Positions 12,804 through 27,708 of a stretch of 64,000 nt of DNA are shown piece by piece. A program made the position numbers and the translations under genes. Position 1 is the stretch's first letter. Each line of letters opens with the position of its first letter. Below the pieces are notes generated by a model. That model made no database searches. It had not been told where the DNA came from and saw only the letters and a list, made by a program, of their open reading frames with translations. The DNA lies in NCBI GenBank assembly GCA_051362555.1, contig CM120643.1:19038848-19102847 (forward strand), given 5' to 3'. The DNA comes from Lingula anatina (lineage: Eukaryota > Animalia > Brachiopoda).

Positions 12804-15377
12804 TGCCGACAGACGATAAGCATGGTCACAATGAAAGTTCGAGGACTTTTTGGTTGCGTTTAGATGACTTTTGGAAAAGTATGACTAAGTGCCTGTTAAA
12901 TAAGTTTAATGAGATTGTTTGACATCCAGTAAGGTCAATAAAAATCTGCATGGTATATAATCGTCATTTTCTTCATAACCCTCCGATGTAAATTAAAATG
13001 AGAAAACTTAAATATATGACCGGTTGATATTTTAGTGGTTGTATTGTTCAAGGGACAATACACATGTTCAAGATTTTAAAGATGCATACAAAGCCAACCA
13101 AATGCCAGCATATAGTTTCAAGTATAGTATAACTAAGAGAATTGCCTAAAGGCATTGTATAATTTTACCGGAAAATGATGTTTGAAGGGATTTTTCTGCT
13201 AGCATTCTATGCTGTATGTCAATGGGCAGAAAAGTAGGTCACGAAAGTAGTTACATTTTTGACCAAAGTTTTTAAGAAAGGAGCAGTCTAAAGCTCTTTT
13301 AAGGCTGATCGAGTGATCTTTTCAGATTATCCCTTCCCATTTCGAATTTAGAAGAAGTGTTTTTTAGTTGTTTATTCGAATCCACACTCCACCGATGCTC
13401 GGTTCGTATGTACCTTTAAAGGCTTAGTCCGCAAATCACCAACTGTGCCTGTATACAATGGTGAATCGGGGTTCCCCCTTCCTTGCCTTCGGTCACCTCT
13501 CAAAGTGAAAGTCGATCAAGACAAATCAAAATCAAACATTGTACCATCCCTGCTCCCTACATGTCATGGTAAACCTATTTTCTTTTAATTAATGACTATG
13601 GTGATATTGATAATTTACTTTGGAACCAAATGCAATAATTTTGTACTAGCACTAATTATTAGTTACTCCAATTGCTTGAAACCACGGGCAATCTTATTGA
13701 TAATTTGTCTTGTACTGTTTTATATTGGGGAACGAAGGGAGGTAATTATTTTATCCCCACCCTTGGGAGATCCTTGGATCTTTTGACTGAATATGATAAA
13801 GCACGTGCTCTCCCCTATACACCGAGGATGACAACATCTGGGCAAGAAGGTGGGGTCAAGTACAAGTGTTTATCAAGGTGGCAATGTAAGACTAGTAAAA
13901 CGTACAGGACACTACTGGTGTGTCCCTTTTGCAGGGCATATGGCCTAAAAGCTGATATCACTGATACACCTTGTACACTCAAGACGCACGTGTCACCTTC
14001 CCATGAGGTATTTCAATGTGCACATGGCACAACTCAGGCATGGGGTGGGGTGTCGTTATTCAAATTTAACACATTTTAGTCTACATGTACGTCTATTTAC
14101 ACATACTTGGTACACGCAACTACTAAATTCCACAACCGATTCAGTGATATATTAAATTTGTCGAGTTTGCAATTGTTGTACATCATTCTAGGATCTCGTA
14201 GGGATTGTCGAAAAACTCTTCTACATTGTACCTGTACACTCTTAACGGTCTGACTGGGCATTAACCCCGTTGACTCACCTGTCCGTTTTCTTAACTGAGC
14301 GGTCGAGAAGAAGCGTTAAGAAACTGTGTTTACGCGTTTGAAAATATTCCAATGCCATATTTTTATACTGAATAGCTTCTTATCTTTCTCAATTCAGACC
14401 TTAAAAACGATAAAAATTTCTTTAATAAAAGTGAGCTCGAAACGTGTCTGAAGCTAATATTTCTGACCTTAAAATTTGGCAAGGTCCAAGTCTTTACGCG
14501 ATAAATTAAAATCGGCTGCATTATGCACGATACCAGGCCTAACCTCGAGGCCGCCATTCCCGATTCTGCGCAGTACTTGTGAAATTTCAGGAGAACGGAT
14601 GGCACTCCAAATGCCTGGTGTAACATTTAATATTATTATTATTTTTGAAAATGACTTAAGAATACTGTAGGCGTTTGCCAAAAATCCGTATTTACTTCCT
14701 TACATACATGTACGTACTTTGAGATAACAGGTAAATCTCCAGTGCTCAGTGACTTAATTAAATAACATTTACACTTCACCTTACGGAAGACGCCATAATT
14801 CCGGTTTGGGGGTAAAAATGGAAAAATCTATTTCTCAAATTTTTCCTTCACCTTAGCACCCACGAACACCGTTTGAACGACAATTTAATAACATCATCAA
14901 AACCCTGCCATCGATTTTTCTTAAAAGCCTTAGTTCAGACATTTATCGTTGATAAAGCAAAAAAATACCTTGTTTAATGAAAAACTGTTATTATAGGGGC
15001 TCATAACTCAATAATAAAATAACAAAATGACGGCAAGGAGATGCAGCCCTTACACTTGTTGTCAACTATGCTAATTTCTGTGATAAAATCTCGTCCAGGG
15101 ATGAAGTAACATGTACGTCCCATGGCGATTGTTATCTCTCCTCTAAATAGAAATGTGTTAAATGTGCCGATAAAAGCTTAGAGTTGCCTATCCTCAAACA
15201 TAGAAACGAGATACATAAACGCTGATATTTTATACTTTTGAGGAGATTCTTTATAGTTTTAAATCAGCACAAAGGTAGATGCATAATTGAATAATTAGAT
15301 GCAGAAAAAATGTATTTCAAGCATCCGGATGATAATAAACCCTTACAATATAAAAATTTCCCGGTATTTTTCAAGAG

Positions 15378-15710
15378 ATTGGCAACGTAATAACTTGGCC
15401 TATTGAAACACAGCGGCAAATCCACCATTGAGCTCAATTTCAACAACTTGTCCACGAAATCAGAAGTTTATTGAGTCATAGACCAGGTTCAGTACCGTCC
15501 TGGAAGCAATTATACCAGTGGCGCCATCAGAGATATGTGGCAGAATCTATTCACTGGCAGGAAGGGCGCGCGCCCTGGGGCCATTTAAATTGGTACTGTC
15601 GTCACTGTTGGAGTATCAATATACCTGTCGCTCACCACAAAAGAAGCCCAGAATGCTAGAGATTGCTGATATTGCCATGTTTGCAATCGGCATAAGAAGA
15701 AATATTTAGG
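15378..15710 (+). pseudogene. Decayed third VWA exon, paralogous to gene A exons 3 and 5
   Basis: Colinear with 3324-3775 and 12045-12496 (GCCATCAGAGATATGTGGCAGAATCT is shared). Reads STIELNFNNLSTKSEVY*VIDQVQY...GAIRDMWQNLF...GARPGAI*IGTVVTVG, with stops, a late frameshift and loss of the TDG Asp. Confidence 0.88.
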
Positions 15711-16966
15711 TGTGTTTTAATATGACCAATGCATTGGTCTTGTTCATGATGTTCAATTTGTATGACTTCAGACTTTATTGCCGTCATAAAAATAATGAAT
15801 AAAAATATAAATTAGACTCAACAAAAATATATATGATTAATACTGAATTTATTGATAGTTTTGTGAACTCTACTAGCCAAAAAAAGTTTTTGTTTTGACA
15901 ACAGTGCTTCAAAATGCCCAAATATGCACATGTTATTGTGATCTCCGTATACAGTGGCAGAATTTTGGAAGCAGTCTCCTCGAATCGCTGGATATTTTTT
16001 TGTAATATTCAAATAAGATGACAGTAAATCCCAACCCCACTAGTAAAAGATGGCAGTAAAAAAAATCTCAAAAGTCTTGAATTGAAGTTATAAAATAATA
16101 ATAATAAATCCAATATGTACCTGTAGACTACGCGCCGAAAAGAACTGTGAATGGGCCAATACACATAACCTCTGAATTCCACAACTGATCTATTGAATGC
16201 ATCAATTTCGATCAACGCAATAGCTTTATAAAATACTAGTATGGCGTAAAATTTTAGACACTCTGAGACAGATTGGGAGATTAATCCGATTGACACGCTT
16301 GTCCGTTATCTTTGCCGAAACGTCTCATCTTAGCATATTTCGGAACTTTTCCACATTTTATAAGAGTAACCCAGGGAATGATTTAGTTTGTTTACCACCA
16401 TTTAGATTTTTGTAATATTTGTTTTCAATCGCAGCATTTTAACATTAAATAAAGTGTTATATTTACAAAGAAACGGACGTCTTGTCAACATATTACATTT
16501 AATAGACAGACGTAGGAGTAATTGGGTCTTAAGGAGTGAAATATACATTGCTTTTGTGCGTTTGTCACTGGGTCACTGGAAATGCAATATATATGTAGGC
16601 GGTGTCCTTTGATCAAATTTAAGCCTTACCTCACAACGCCCCATAAACACTGGCAGTCTGTTTCTTCAAAGAAGGTTAGTACCACTTTCCCAATTAATTA
16701 ATTTCAGACTAAATCTTTAAAACTTGATATTATTCCCTACATTTACCGAGTATTGTATCCAGTTCTAAGACAAAAGTGCCGAAAATAGAATACTGTCTCT
16801 TCAAGTTTGTTGTTTTATATATATATCTATACTTGTCAATTTATTTTCAATTTCCCCTCTGATAATTCCCTTGACATGACACCTGTTTCCGCCGAGTACG
16901 ACCAAACAGATAATCTCAGCAGCGTGTGTGCAGTGGACGACATTTGACCCCAGGATAGATACCCTG

Positions 16967-16973
16967 TATATAG
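16967..16973 (+). promoter_or_regulatory. Candidate TATA box of gene B
   Basis: TATATAG 47 nt upstream of the ATG at 17014. Confidence 0.4.
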
Positions 16974-17013
16974 AACGCAGAATGATTCCTTTGATCTCAA
17001 TTAGCGCACCAAA

Positions 17014-20000
17014 ATGCTGCCGCTACAACTGTGTTTTGTTGCCCTCGTCGTGGGCTGTGTGTACGGACAGGGGCTATCCCTGACGATGACCGGTGAGTGG
17101 ACAGTTAATGCATGGTATTTATATATAAAAGATGGAAGCCATTTTACATTTATTTCATTCCGCTTTTTTTCATGATAATAATATTGGTTTAGCGGTTTTA
17201 TCGACACGTGTAAATTCAGTCTTCGTTAAACGCGTTCACAGCGGAACAAGTTAAAACCGGAAAATGCCTTAATGATCTCACAATTTTACGAGGCTGACTT
17301 CCATATAAAACACTGCTAAAGGCGCATCACGTGTCTAAGGGAAGTGACATGAACATTTGCACACTTCTCTTTTTTAAGATGTAAATAAAGCGAGTACTTA
17401 TGTCTTTGTTACATTATTTCACGAAAAATGATATTCGCTCAGATATTTTCTGTGCTTTACGGACAGGATGGGAAATAAGTAAGCCAAATTTTTAAGATCA
17501 GAAATTTGAAAAAGGTGCTGATTTGGATCGTTTTTTTTCTGCTGCTCTAGAGGTTTTAGCGATATATAAAATAGCGTCGGTTGCTTTTCAGACATGTGGA
17601 TTATATTTGTGTCATGTTGTTATCTTTTATTTTTTCGACCATACAGTTTTTGGATACGCTACCATCTTGCGCCTTCTATTTCATTTTGAATATTACTCTT
17701 TACATTCCTAAAAGCACTGGATAGTTTTGGTCTAATTGATGATTTTTTAAATTAAACCTCAAGGAGTGGTGTCAAGAACGTAATTATGCACGAGAATGGT
17801 TGGCAAAACCGAATTGATGTTTATTGCACTCATTCAAAACCAGACCAAAATGGTGTAGCATTTACTACAGGATTACAGATTTTAAAAAAGTAATAGGTCT
17901 AAAAATCTAAAAGATTATATATCAATTAGAAGTTAAGAGTACGGTATAATTAGAATTTCACTGGACAACAATATAACCCTATGATTTTATTTAAAAGATG
18001 AATTTCTTAATTTAGTTGTGCATCTTGTTTCAGGTCACTTTAAATCCTCCAAAAAAAAAAGTTGGTCCCTCTTCAGGGCCAGTTTTCATATTTGAAGGCT
18101 TCTTTAGTAAATAATGGATATTTTTGGAGAAACTAAAAACGAAATCTTTGACATTTTTTAACCGGTCACATCTTGTTAACATTGACAATGACAGTGGAGT
18201 GGAATACGTTTCCTCTGCATGTATAATCAGGTTAAGTTTCAGAGTGTTTTACAATATTCAACTTTCATGCCGTAGTTTTGACCAAGCCAGATGTTAACAA
18301 ACTCAAATGGTCAACATACGTTTCTGATATCAAAATACCTATATGCAATGTATTTTTAGCAAAAAAACATTTTAGGTATTACTGAGTGTACTGCTTTCTG
18401 TATTCTAGTTACACTTATAATCACGGAGTTTTGGAAAATGGGAGTTAGCATCAGACATTCAGAGATTTATATTATTTTACATAATACATAATGTCATAAT
18501 CTAATCTCTTACCATATTCAGTCGGTTGCAACAAACCAGACACATGACATGTGTTGCACATTTATAAAATTTTATAAAATATCATGCGATTTGATATATA
18601 TATTCACCCACCCCCCTTCTGCTTACAGAGCAGAAATACACTTTGGTTCATGTTTTGACATTTTGCATCACTGATCAAACCAAAATGAAAATCAATCGTG
18701 CAGCAAAGCACTGTACTTGCTAGACGTACATGTTCTGTAACATGCTGGCACCTTCGTCATACAAGATGCAATTGACTGAGATTGCTGACAATGTTTCACC
18801 GCCGTAAGATTCAAACACTGAAATTAAGAAATTGATCAATACGTTTACTCTGTTATTATCTTCTATTGTCATTGTGGTAAACCATTGTGTAAAAAAATTC
18901 AATCTTTTAATTATAAAAGTAATACCGAGAATGTATCTCATATTGACCGAACGTACATAAAATTATTCTAATAACGATAGCTTAGATGAATGCTACCTGT
19001 GTCCAGATTATCAAAACAGGTTTGGCCTATTTAAGAAGTTCAAACACACCTAAGATTACGTTCACTAATGCGTCACCGCTGGAATAAAAAGCTTTACTGT
19101 AGTCTAGACCGATTTAACCGGCTTTTTAAACGATAAACGTGTGTTTATAAATTCTTCTTCAATTTGAATTAATATCTAGATCTCATTCAGTTTGGGTTTT
19201 CAAATTCATACTAACAGATAAAATGCAATAGAAGCCACGACTGTCAAGAACGTTGGCACCGAATTAAATACAGATAAGTCACTAAGAACAAGACAAGAGC
19301 AATTTCAAGTATGATAAAATGGCATAAGTGTAGAACCCGGAGATCGGGGTGAGAATGGGGTGGGTGTTAAGCCCGCAGATTTTAAATAATGGCGGTTTTT
19401 GCAAGGTGAAAGAAGGACACTCTGTGGGAAGCAACATGTGCTGTATAAGGCCAAAAGTTCACCATATCTACTTGTTTTTGACATGTCCACTCCTCACGAC
19501 TTGTTAGGTATTAACAGGCATACTTCCTTTACCTTGTCTCTCAGCCCAGACATTACCGACCATCAGCAGTTGCCTTATGTGAATGAGGTCTCATTGTAAT
19601 TAGATCCAGTTGCCGTTGTTTTGAATACTGAGGATTATGCATATTATTACATAATTAGTACCTCAAAGTAAATGCAACGTACTATAAGATGCATTGTTAA
19701 TATGATTGAATATCAGCGCTATCGTCACTCATCTGCTCATGTCACATTTAAAACTGCTCTCCATGAAATATACCATAACAAATACACTTTCAGAATGTGA
19801 CACTTTTGCTTTTTTTTAACAACAGTGCACTTTTTGATTTAAATGAATATGTCTGAGATTCAAGAATCAATATATCTGATGAAATATTTGACTGCAAGAT
19901 AAATGAATATCGGGCTTGAAATCAGGAACAGGAGCTCCGATTGATCAATGACAGCATCATAATTGAAGGTCTAAGATACAGTATATCACACTGAAAATGG

Positions 20001-23000
20001 ACTATTTTGGCATATCTTGATACTGTTTTTTTTTGTAACGCAGTGAGTATTCGTCCACATTTTTGCAAAATGCCACAAACTTTATTCACTTATTTTTTTC
20101 TCATAAATATTGACACTGTCTCTATTGTCGGTTATTTAGATATTTGCATTTTGATATTTGGCACAATGAAAGCGCTTGGCGGAATTTAGTGGTGAATGGT
20201 GTATCTGGAATAAAACAGCTGCTGATAGTGCCGTATATGTTCCAGTGAACACGGCTGCAACACAACACTTATATATATATATATATATATTTATTTATTT
20301 ATAGGGGGGTCGTCCACCTGCGCCGACAAGGCCTCCAACTGCGCCGCCTATGGTGACGATGCTTGCACAGGGATTTATGAAGCCTGGGCAAAAGAAAACT
20401 GCGCCAAGAGATGTAATTTTTGTGGTAATGAAAAAATTTGTATTACTTTTGTTTTTTGTTAGAAACAATATTGTGCTTTTTTGTTAATTCAGTGTCATGA
20501 ACTTAAGATACAAAGAAAAACAACTTAAATTGACAAAAATTATTTCAAGCTGTTTTTATATAGTACACTGTAAAAACAGTGTTTAGCATTTAAATACATG
20601 CAACACACGTTAGGCACCTATACGCATTTAGAAATCTGTGTAAATGCTAAACGCGTATAGCTTTTCAAACGTTTCACAGAAGAAAAAGCTAGACACGTTG
20701 GCATTGTTACACGTTTAGCTATCTGTTTAGCTTCACCGGCATATGATTCTATAACAAGTCTATCACAAGCTAAGCACATTGGCTAAGCACTTCCTCTGCT
20801 AAGCGCGTGAGGCTGCTAAACATATGGAGCTGCTATAGGTGTGGAATTCCTTAACAACATGTTTAGCTTTTCAAGCTCGTCACAGAAAAAAAAATGCTTC
20901 ACAGTCCCATATATACGATCCCATAACAAGTTTATTACACGACTCAACAATTTTGCTTAACACTTCCCCTTGTAAACATATGGGGCTGTTGGGGGCGAGA
21001 AGCAGCCTGCTCGAACGCGTTGTGTCATTCCTTGCAGTAACGTGTGATTATTTAAAATAGACCTATAAAGTAATAATCCAAATAACAAATAACGTTTTCA
21101 CGACGTTATCAGCTGGTTACATGATGGTGATGGTATAGAATAACGTCATGGTAACGTTATGGGTGTTTTTAACTCCATGCAAAATGATGCCCTTGCAGTT
21201 TTATAAGCGTTTTATAACATTCTGGAAAAACATTATTTAATGTTTTGAAAACTTTTTTTATTAATCACCAAAACACGTCTTATGCTGTATGAACTACAGT
21301 TAGCGGTTAATTCCAAAATGGGCTTGGGTTAGTCATCGACTAGAACTGTGCGATTTGAAAAATATTCGGAGTATCGTTACCAAAATAACCAGCATGTGAT
21401 GAAAGCTTAAAAAACCATTATAATGAATACCCCACCATCATCCTGATGTTCTATTGTTCATTACTTCCGGAAAAAATAAATGAACTTCAATACCTTAACG
21501 CATTTTATCAAAATATGAAAAAAATGTTTTAAAGTAAAAATGATAGTTGTTTCGTGTCTTTAGTAAACTAGTGAAATTTCCTAACTTGTTTTTCAGAAAT
21601 ATATTCCAATTAACTTCCTCGCAAGGTCAGCTAACACAAGGATGAATAAGTCCCGCTGTAAAAAATGATGGTGTGGATCAACTATGTTGACAGTTCACGG
21701 TACCCTGTTATAGATAGAGATAATTATAGCAGTTAAAGGTGACCGTGAGTTCGCGCGCGCGCGCACGCGTGTGTGTGAGAGTAACTGAAACAGTTGAAAA
21801 CGATACAACCTTAAAGTTAAACAAATACACCCTACATTTATTAGGCGTCAAGCACGTCAAAGCGTGTAACATGTTAATAGGCTAAACGTGCTTAGGTGCT
21901 AAACGCGTGGAAAAAATGAGACAAAACAGGCGCTAAGAAATGTGTCTCAGAGCTAAACACTGTTTTTACAGTGTACTTCTTAATGCTTTGTAAATGATTT
22001 TCTGAGTAGCAAAACATTCAGAATATTCAGAAGAAACTCAAAAATCACGATGGCACAGAATGTTTGAAATTGTGAGACAGCTGGCTAGCCCACTAATTAC
22101 ATCGTTTCGCTTTCAGGAGGTGTTCCAGTGCCTCCTATGCCGACTCCGCCTCTGCCAGGTGGTGAGTATTGTTATACCGTATCATTTTATAAAACGCCTT
22201 TAAATATGTGTGACCTTAACATGTATTTTACTGGAAATTCAACTTATGTTCAAGTTAATCTATCTTTATACAGTAGCCATTTAAATTGTACCGAAATAGA
22301 TTCTTATTATTGTTATCATTATTGATATTATAATTATAATTATTTGATGCACGTGCTCTTTAACTTGTAGTTTTCCAAGATAATGTAAGAATGATCAAGC
22401 CTATTTGTCCTTACCAAACAATCGGGTGTTTGATTTTCATATATGACATAATTTCATTTTTGACGTTATTTAACTTCTATACGTCTCTTTGCACTGCATG
22501 ATCGAAGTAAGGGCTTTCTGTACTATTAATTTAGTATAAGCACGTGGGATTTACAAATTTCAGGGGCCTCCAGCTGCGTAAACAAGGCCAACAATTGTGA
22601 CGCTTATGGGGAAGATGCATGCAAAGGAATATATTTGGGATGGGCCAAAGAAAACTGCGCCAAAAGGTGTAACCTTTGCGGTAAGTACAACGACCATATA
22701 ACTTGATATTTATTGTAATTGTAATTTGCGCCGCCCCCCCCCCCTTCCCGCCCAGATACGATCATTCTGTTATACGTTCACAGTCTGAAATTAATGATAA
22801 ATGCTCATTGTGCTGTAAAGTAAGTGTATGTGCTCTTATATAACATATACCGATATGTTTATATGATACTCATTCCATGTTTTGCCTGAGTTTTTCAATA
22901 ATTTAATGCTGACAAAAATACGTTGTCATCATGCATTTCAATGTTAATGTGTGCGACTTCCGGTAAAAAGCTTTTCGGTACACAGTTGAACCTCGCAAAT

Positions 23001-26000
23001 AGCACGTCAACATGAATTAGTATATTGACGAGTACAATGATAAACCAGTCGACAAGTTCAGCATATGAGTAGTGCTATGCAATCTAACCATGCTAGGGAC
23101 CATTCTACAAAAAAAGGGAACATTTAAGTCACGCCAATGACGCACGCATTTTGTGTGCGATTTGCACAACTGATTTATTTTTAATTAATATTTACTTTTT
23201 AATTATTGTTTATATTTCTGTATGGAGCGTGTCCATGTTAGAAAATTTTCCATATTGGAAGTTATTGTTCTATAAGAGAAAATAATGGAAATAGAATTAT
23301 GCAAAAATATGAGCGTCACTGACGTGACTCAAACATTCACTATTTGTGAAGTAGCACTAAGGTCTCTTGTTCGTCTGTGCTTACTTTTGTTGATTTCTCT
23401 GAATATTTTCCATGTTTGGCATTTAATTGATTTAAGCTTCACAAACAGGTGGTTCAACTGGCGGCTCAACAGGAGGTTCAGGAGGTTCAACTGGCAGCTC
23501 AACAGGTGGTTCAACCGGTGGTTCCACTGGGGGTCAAGTTCAGAGCAGTAAGTTGTGTTCATTTTTTTCACAACTATCTACTATCTAAATATTTTAACTA
23601 TATAAATATTTTTTCTTCAAAAGAATCATCAAATGGTTGAGGAATCAAAAAAACTTTATACAAAGAAAAGATAATGTTCTTGGTTATATTATGTGTCCTT
23701 TTGAACACATTAAAGTGGTTTCGTACACAAGAAGAAATGCTAATTCATATTTGTTGTACGTTTTTGGTACATTCGTGTCAGTCGTTTTCGTATTCGTTAT
23801 ATATTGTGCTGATTCTCATAAATTACTATAATACTGTTTCCGATTATAATAATTGCTCTTTGTTAGGCGTAATTCAAATGCAATATTTGCTAATATAAAC
23901 AGTTTCATATACAGGCAGTAACATGATTCAAATATATCTTTGCTATAGACGGGTGTGTATACAAAGGGCAAACATATAGACACGGCGGGACGTGGCAAGA
24001 CGGATGTGCATACAACTGCGAATGCGTAGATGGGTCAACAGGCTTCTACAGATGCAAAGACAGGTAACAAGTTAAATTGAAGAAATGGAGGATGATCGGT
24101 TAAACTGTGAGCTCTTCGTTGTTGTATTTTACAACGATATAAGCTATAAGTAGGTGCAGTAGTGCAGTTTTAGTTTGTGATTTGTTATAATTCGAGCTAA
24201 CACATTAGTAGTAGTATAAAAACAGTTTTTTATGAGGTGAAACCTGTAACATCGATTTCAATCAGATCTAATGCATTTGAACAGCTGTCAGCACCCCTTG
24301 AATGCTTAATGAACCTCATGTGGCAAATAAAACAGAAAAAAGGAGTGTAACTCTCATAGCGTTTATTTTTATTCTGCCAATATTAAGATTTTTTACATAA
24401 AAGGAACGAGAAAAAACACATTCTGTAGGCATTAAGATATTTCTCCTTCTGTTTAATTAATTTAGGTGTCCCACGTACGATACTACTGGTTTCCCGCCGC
24501 AGTGCTCAATGCAACCAGATCCAAACGACTCTTGCTGTAAGAAGCCAGTTTGCAACTTTGGAGGAGGCACCGGAACCGGAAGTGGCACCATAACCGGATC
24601 TAACACCGGTACCAACACCGGAACTGGCACTGGGACCTACCCAGGTGGTACTAGCACAGGGACTGGAACAGGAAGCGGGAACCTCATTATTCCGGGAGGA
24701 AGCAGCACTGGAAATGGTGGAACTTATCCAGTACCCGGTGGCACTAATACCGGAACTGGTGGAACCTACCCGGTTCCAGGTGGGAGCAGCACTGGCACCG
24801 GAACTGGTGGAACCTACCCGGTTCCAGGTGGGAGCAGCACTGGTACCGGAACCGGAACTGGTGGAACCTACCCGGTTCCAGGTGGGAGCAGCACTGGTAC
24901 CGGAACAGGATCTGGTGGGACCTACCCAGTTCCTGGAGGACAAACTGGGTCTGGAACCGGAGTCATTACCGGCCAGAGTAAGTTTGTTTTGCTCTCTTCG
25001 ATGGCTAACGCTATGGTAGGTTTAAGGTAGTGCATTACAAAGATAAACTGTTACTGTACATGTTGCACTGACTTGCTCAGTATTCATATATAAGGTCTTC
25101 ATTTTATTAAAATTTAGCAATCAAAAAATTTAGTTTAACGCAACGGTATTTTCAAATGAGGCGCATCTTTTTCTGGGTTTGCTTTTCGACTTCTATATTC
25201 TGTATCTAGATTGTAGCGAAAAAAATACTGGGAATTTATAATCATTAGTTTTCGTTGGTATTTGTTTTATATTAAGCATATTTTTTAAATTCCTCTTCAG
25301 CATCCGGCTGTCTCTATAATGGCCAGACATACAAACAGGGAGAAACGTGGAAAGATGGATGCAAGTACAGTTGCACCTGCACGAATGGGGCTACAGGCCT
25401 GTACACGTGTAGTGCCATGTAAGCCAAAGTGGTTTTCATCAATGTTATACAGCATTTGACAAAATCGCATTGTCGTCTCCTATCAACATGTATGAATGAT
25501 GAAAATTCGTTCTTTACTTATTTGAAGCCAAACTTAAAACATGTCTGGTAATAACTTTTCCGAGTGCACTACCTACAACAATGTTGGACCACGTAAAAGT
25601 AAAGATCCTTATTGGCGAAAAGTTAAAGTCAATAATTATTAATAGAGAATGAGGATTTGTGGGAAATGTGGGGTAATATTATATTGTGCGATTCAAGCAT
25701 ACTGGAAATCATAAGCCACGTATCGGTTTGCGAAAGAACCAAATGCCTTCCCTACGTACAAATTTGTGGGGTAGCAGTGATGGAATCTTTTTTATTTGTG
25801 GAATTCAATAGTTTGTTCCAAATACGAAAGACACTAAAAACAGACAAAAATTAAACATGTGGGACATGAACGGTTTTAGGACTTGGGACTTGCGCTCATT
25901 TTGTGCATCTTTCAAAGCATAACTTATATCTTTCTGTCTCTACAGGTGCCCCCAATGGCAGTTACCAGAGGTTTGTTCCCTCCAGCCGCGTCCAGGGAAA

Positions 26001-26078
26001 TGTTGTCCTAAACCTTCGTGCCCACCTAACTATAGTATTAACTACCCACCAGGGATGTCCGAGAGCACCTTACCATAG
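17014..26078 (+). CDS. Gene B: secreted protein, signal peptide - ShKT - Pro linker - ShKT - Gly/Ser/Thr linker - VWC - Gly/Thr/YPVPGG repeats - VWC, ~445 aa
   Basis: Exons 17014-17092, 20305-20424, 22117-22161, 22564-22680, 23449-23547, 23949-24063, 24466-24977, 25301-25418, 25946-26078; GT-AG, 1338 nt. ShKT CADKASNCAAYGDDACTGIYEAWAKENCAKRCNFC; 10-Cys VWC (CxYxGxxY..WxDGC..CxC..C..CP..C..CCxxPxC). AATAAA at 26308. Confidence 0.88.
20566..21973. mobile_element. Non-autonomous DNA transposon, CMC/EnSpm-like, ~1.4 kb
   Basis: Perfect 22-bp TIR CACTGTAAAAACAGTGTTTAGC / GCTAAACACTGTTTTTACAGTG, flanked by TA on both sides; subterminal GCTAAAC / GTTTAGC motifs. Confidence 0.8.
24717..24950 (+). 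repeat. Coding tandem repeat: five GGTYPVPGG(SS)TG(TG)n units in gene B exon 7
   Basis: Repeated GGTGGAACCTACCCGGTTCCAGGTGGGAGCAGCACTGG; visible in ORF 24509..25030. Confidence 0.9.
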
Positions 26079-27708
26079 ACACCCGTATGTCCACGGGATA
26101 CCAACTGCAGCTGCTTGCACTTGGAGAACAGACACAGAGAAAAGATGCTTGAAAATAGTTGAGAATAGTATTCCATGTTCATTTGCGAGACATGTCAATC
26201 AATCGATAGTATTGCTCAAGATTGCAATAAGTATACCCATAACATTGAGAATGACAAGTTATGTTTGTCGATTTGCTAGTGCTTACAATTTGCTAGTGAT
26301 GAGTTGAAATAAACAGATGAGAGTTAATAATACAGTTTTACAAATTTCTCAGCTACACACTCAGAAAATAAAAAGCCCTCTTCAATAGTGTAGATCTTCT
26401 ATATGCTAATGCGATCTGGAACACCGTACACGTTCTAACAGTCTCTGGTAACCTGTACTGTTAGACAAGATATGCTTGACACATCAACTGAGTCCTATTC
26501 GGGATTTTCACGCCAAATGAAATTTTCCTAAAAAAATTTGCATTTTTTATCCTACTCATGAATCATTGCTCGACCCGGCACTGCACATGGTTTCCCTGTT
26601 TTATGCAATTTCTAATAAAGTAATGCAGTTCTGAATAACTGACCAGCCACATTTCAGATGCATATATCGACATCAGGTTCTCTCATTTGAAGTGATTTAT
26701 CGTTTGTAAGTAGCTTTGCAGAATGTATAAACATAGAAAATGCGGTTTTGGGGTACATTTTCTAACTCCTTTAAGAGGATTTTGATAACATTTTATCTTT
26801 TTTTTTTTTTGCTACCACTGATTTTGTTAAAAGGAAGGACACTACACTAAGTGGTGCACAAATCAGACTTTGGATACGAAAACTACCACATTTTATATTC
26901 AATGTTTTGCGTATTCAAATCTGCACATTCATGCAATTTGAACCTTACTCCCCGATAAGTGAAAACCGCTCGAACATTAACTCATATCGATTTTTATCCA
27001 AGCTTTTCTTAAATGGTAAAATCTTCAACTGTTCACATATTTTGCCAGAGGGTAACAGCCTACTAGAAAACATGAACCGCCAGTGGATCTTTCTAAGTCT
27101 GCACATCAGGGTAAACAGCCTGTGAGACTGTCATGATGTCATATATTAGGAAAACGGGGTATAAGATAACCCACCTCGCTGAGGGTGACCTAAGCATCAC
27201 GACACCTCGTGTGTAGGGCTATATTTACTTTTAAAACGCCTCTTTTTTGCTGCCCACTCGCATTCAGAAAAGACTTCATACAAATGCAAGGTACCCTGAG
27301 CCTGAAGTGTCGGTTATCTCTGCTGCAAGAAACTTGACGTGCCGTTCATATAGTCTTCCAATGAGCCGTTTAAAGCTGTATTCAATAAAACAAACAAGCA
27401 AAACAGGATTATTATCTGCGATACATCTTCCAATTCCTCCAAATTGAGCGCGCACATTATTCATTTTTTATTTATTTATCATTTTCTGCGTGAGCAGTTT
27501 TGAACAAGAACAGTTCCCTACTCCGTATTATGGACGAAATCAGTATATTGCAGTTGGCGGGCTACACTGATTGGCTGCTGATGGCCACACTGCCCGTTAG
27601 TTTTTATATCTAAGGTTTCCTGCAATTAAAAAAATGGGTAAATATTGCTCCGAAATCCAGGGTACTGAAACGATATGACGTGTATTGCACCATGCGTGGT
27701 ATTTATCA

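Noticed and set aside
13400-15150. Transposon-like non-coding stretch and ORF 13672..14079
   Set aside because: I could not pair termini or recognise a domain by eye. Left unannotated; RepeatModeler would decide.
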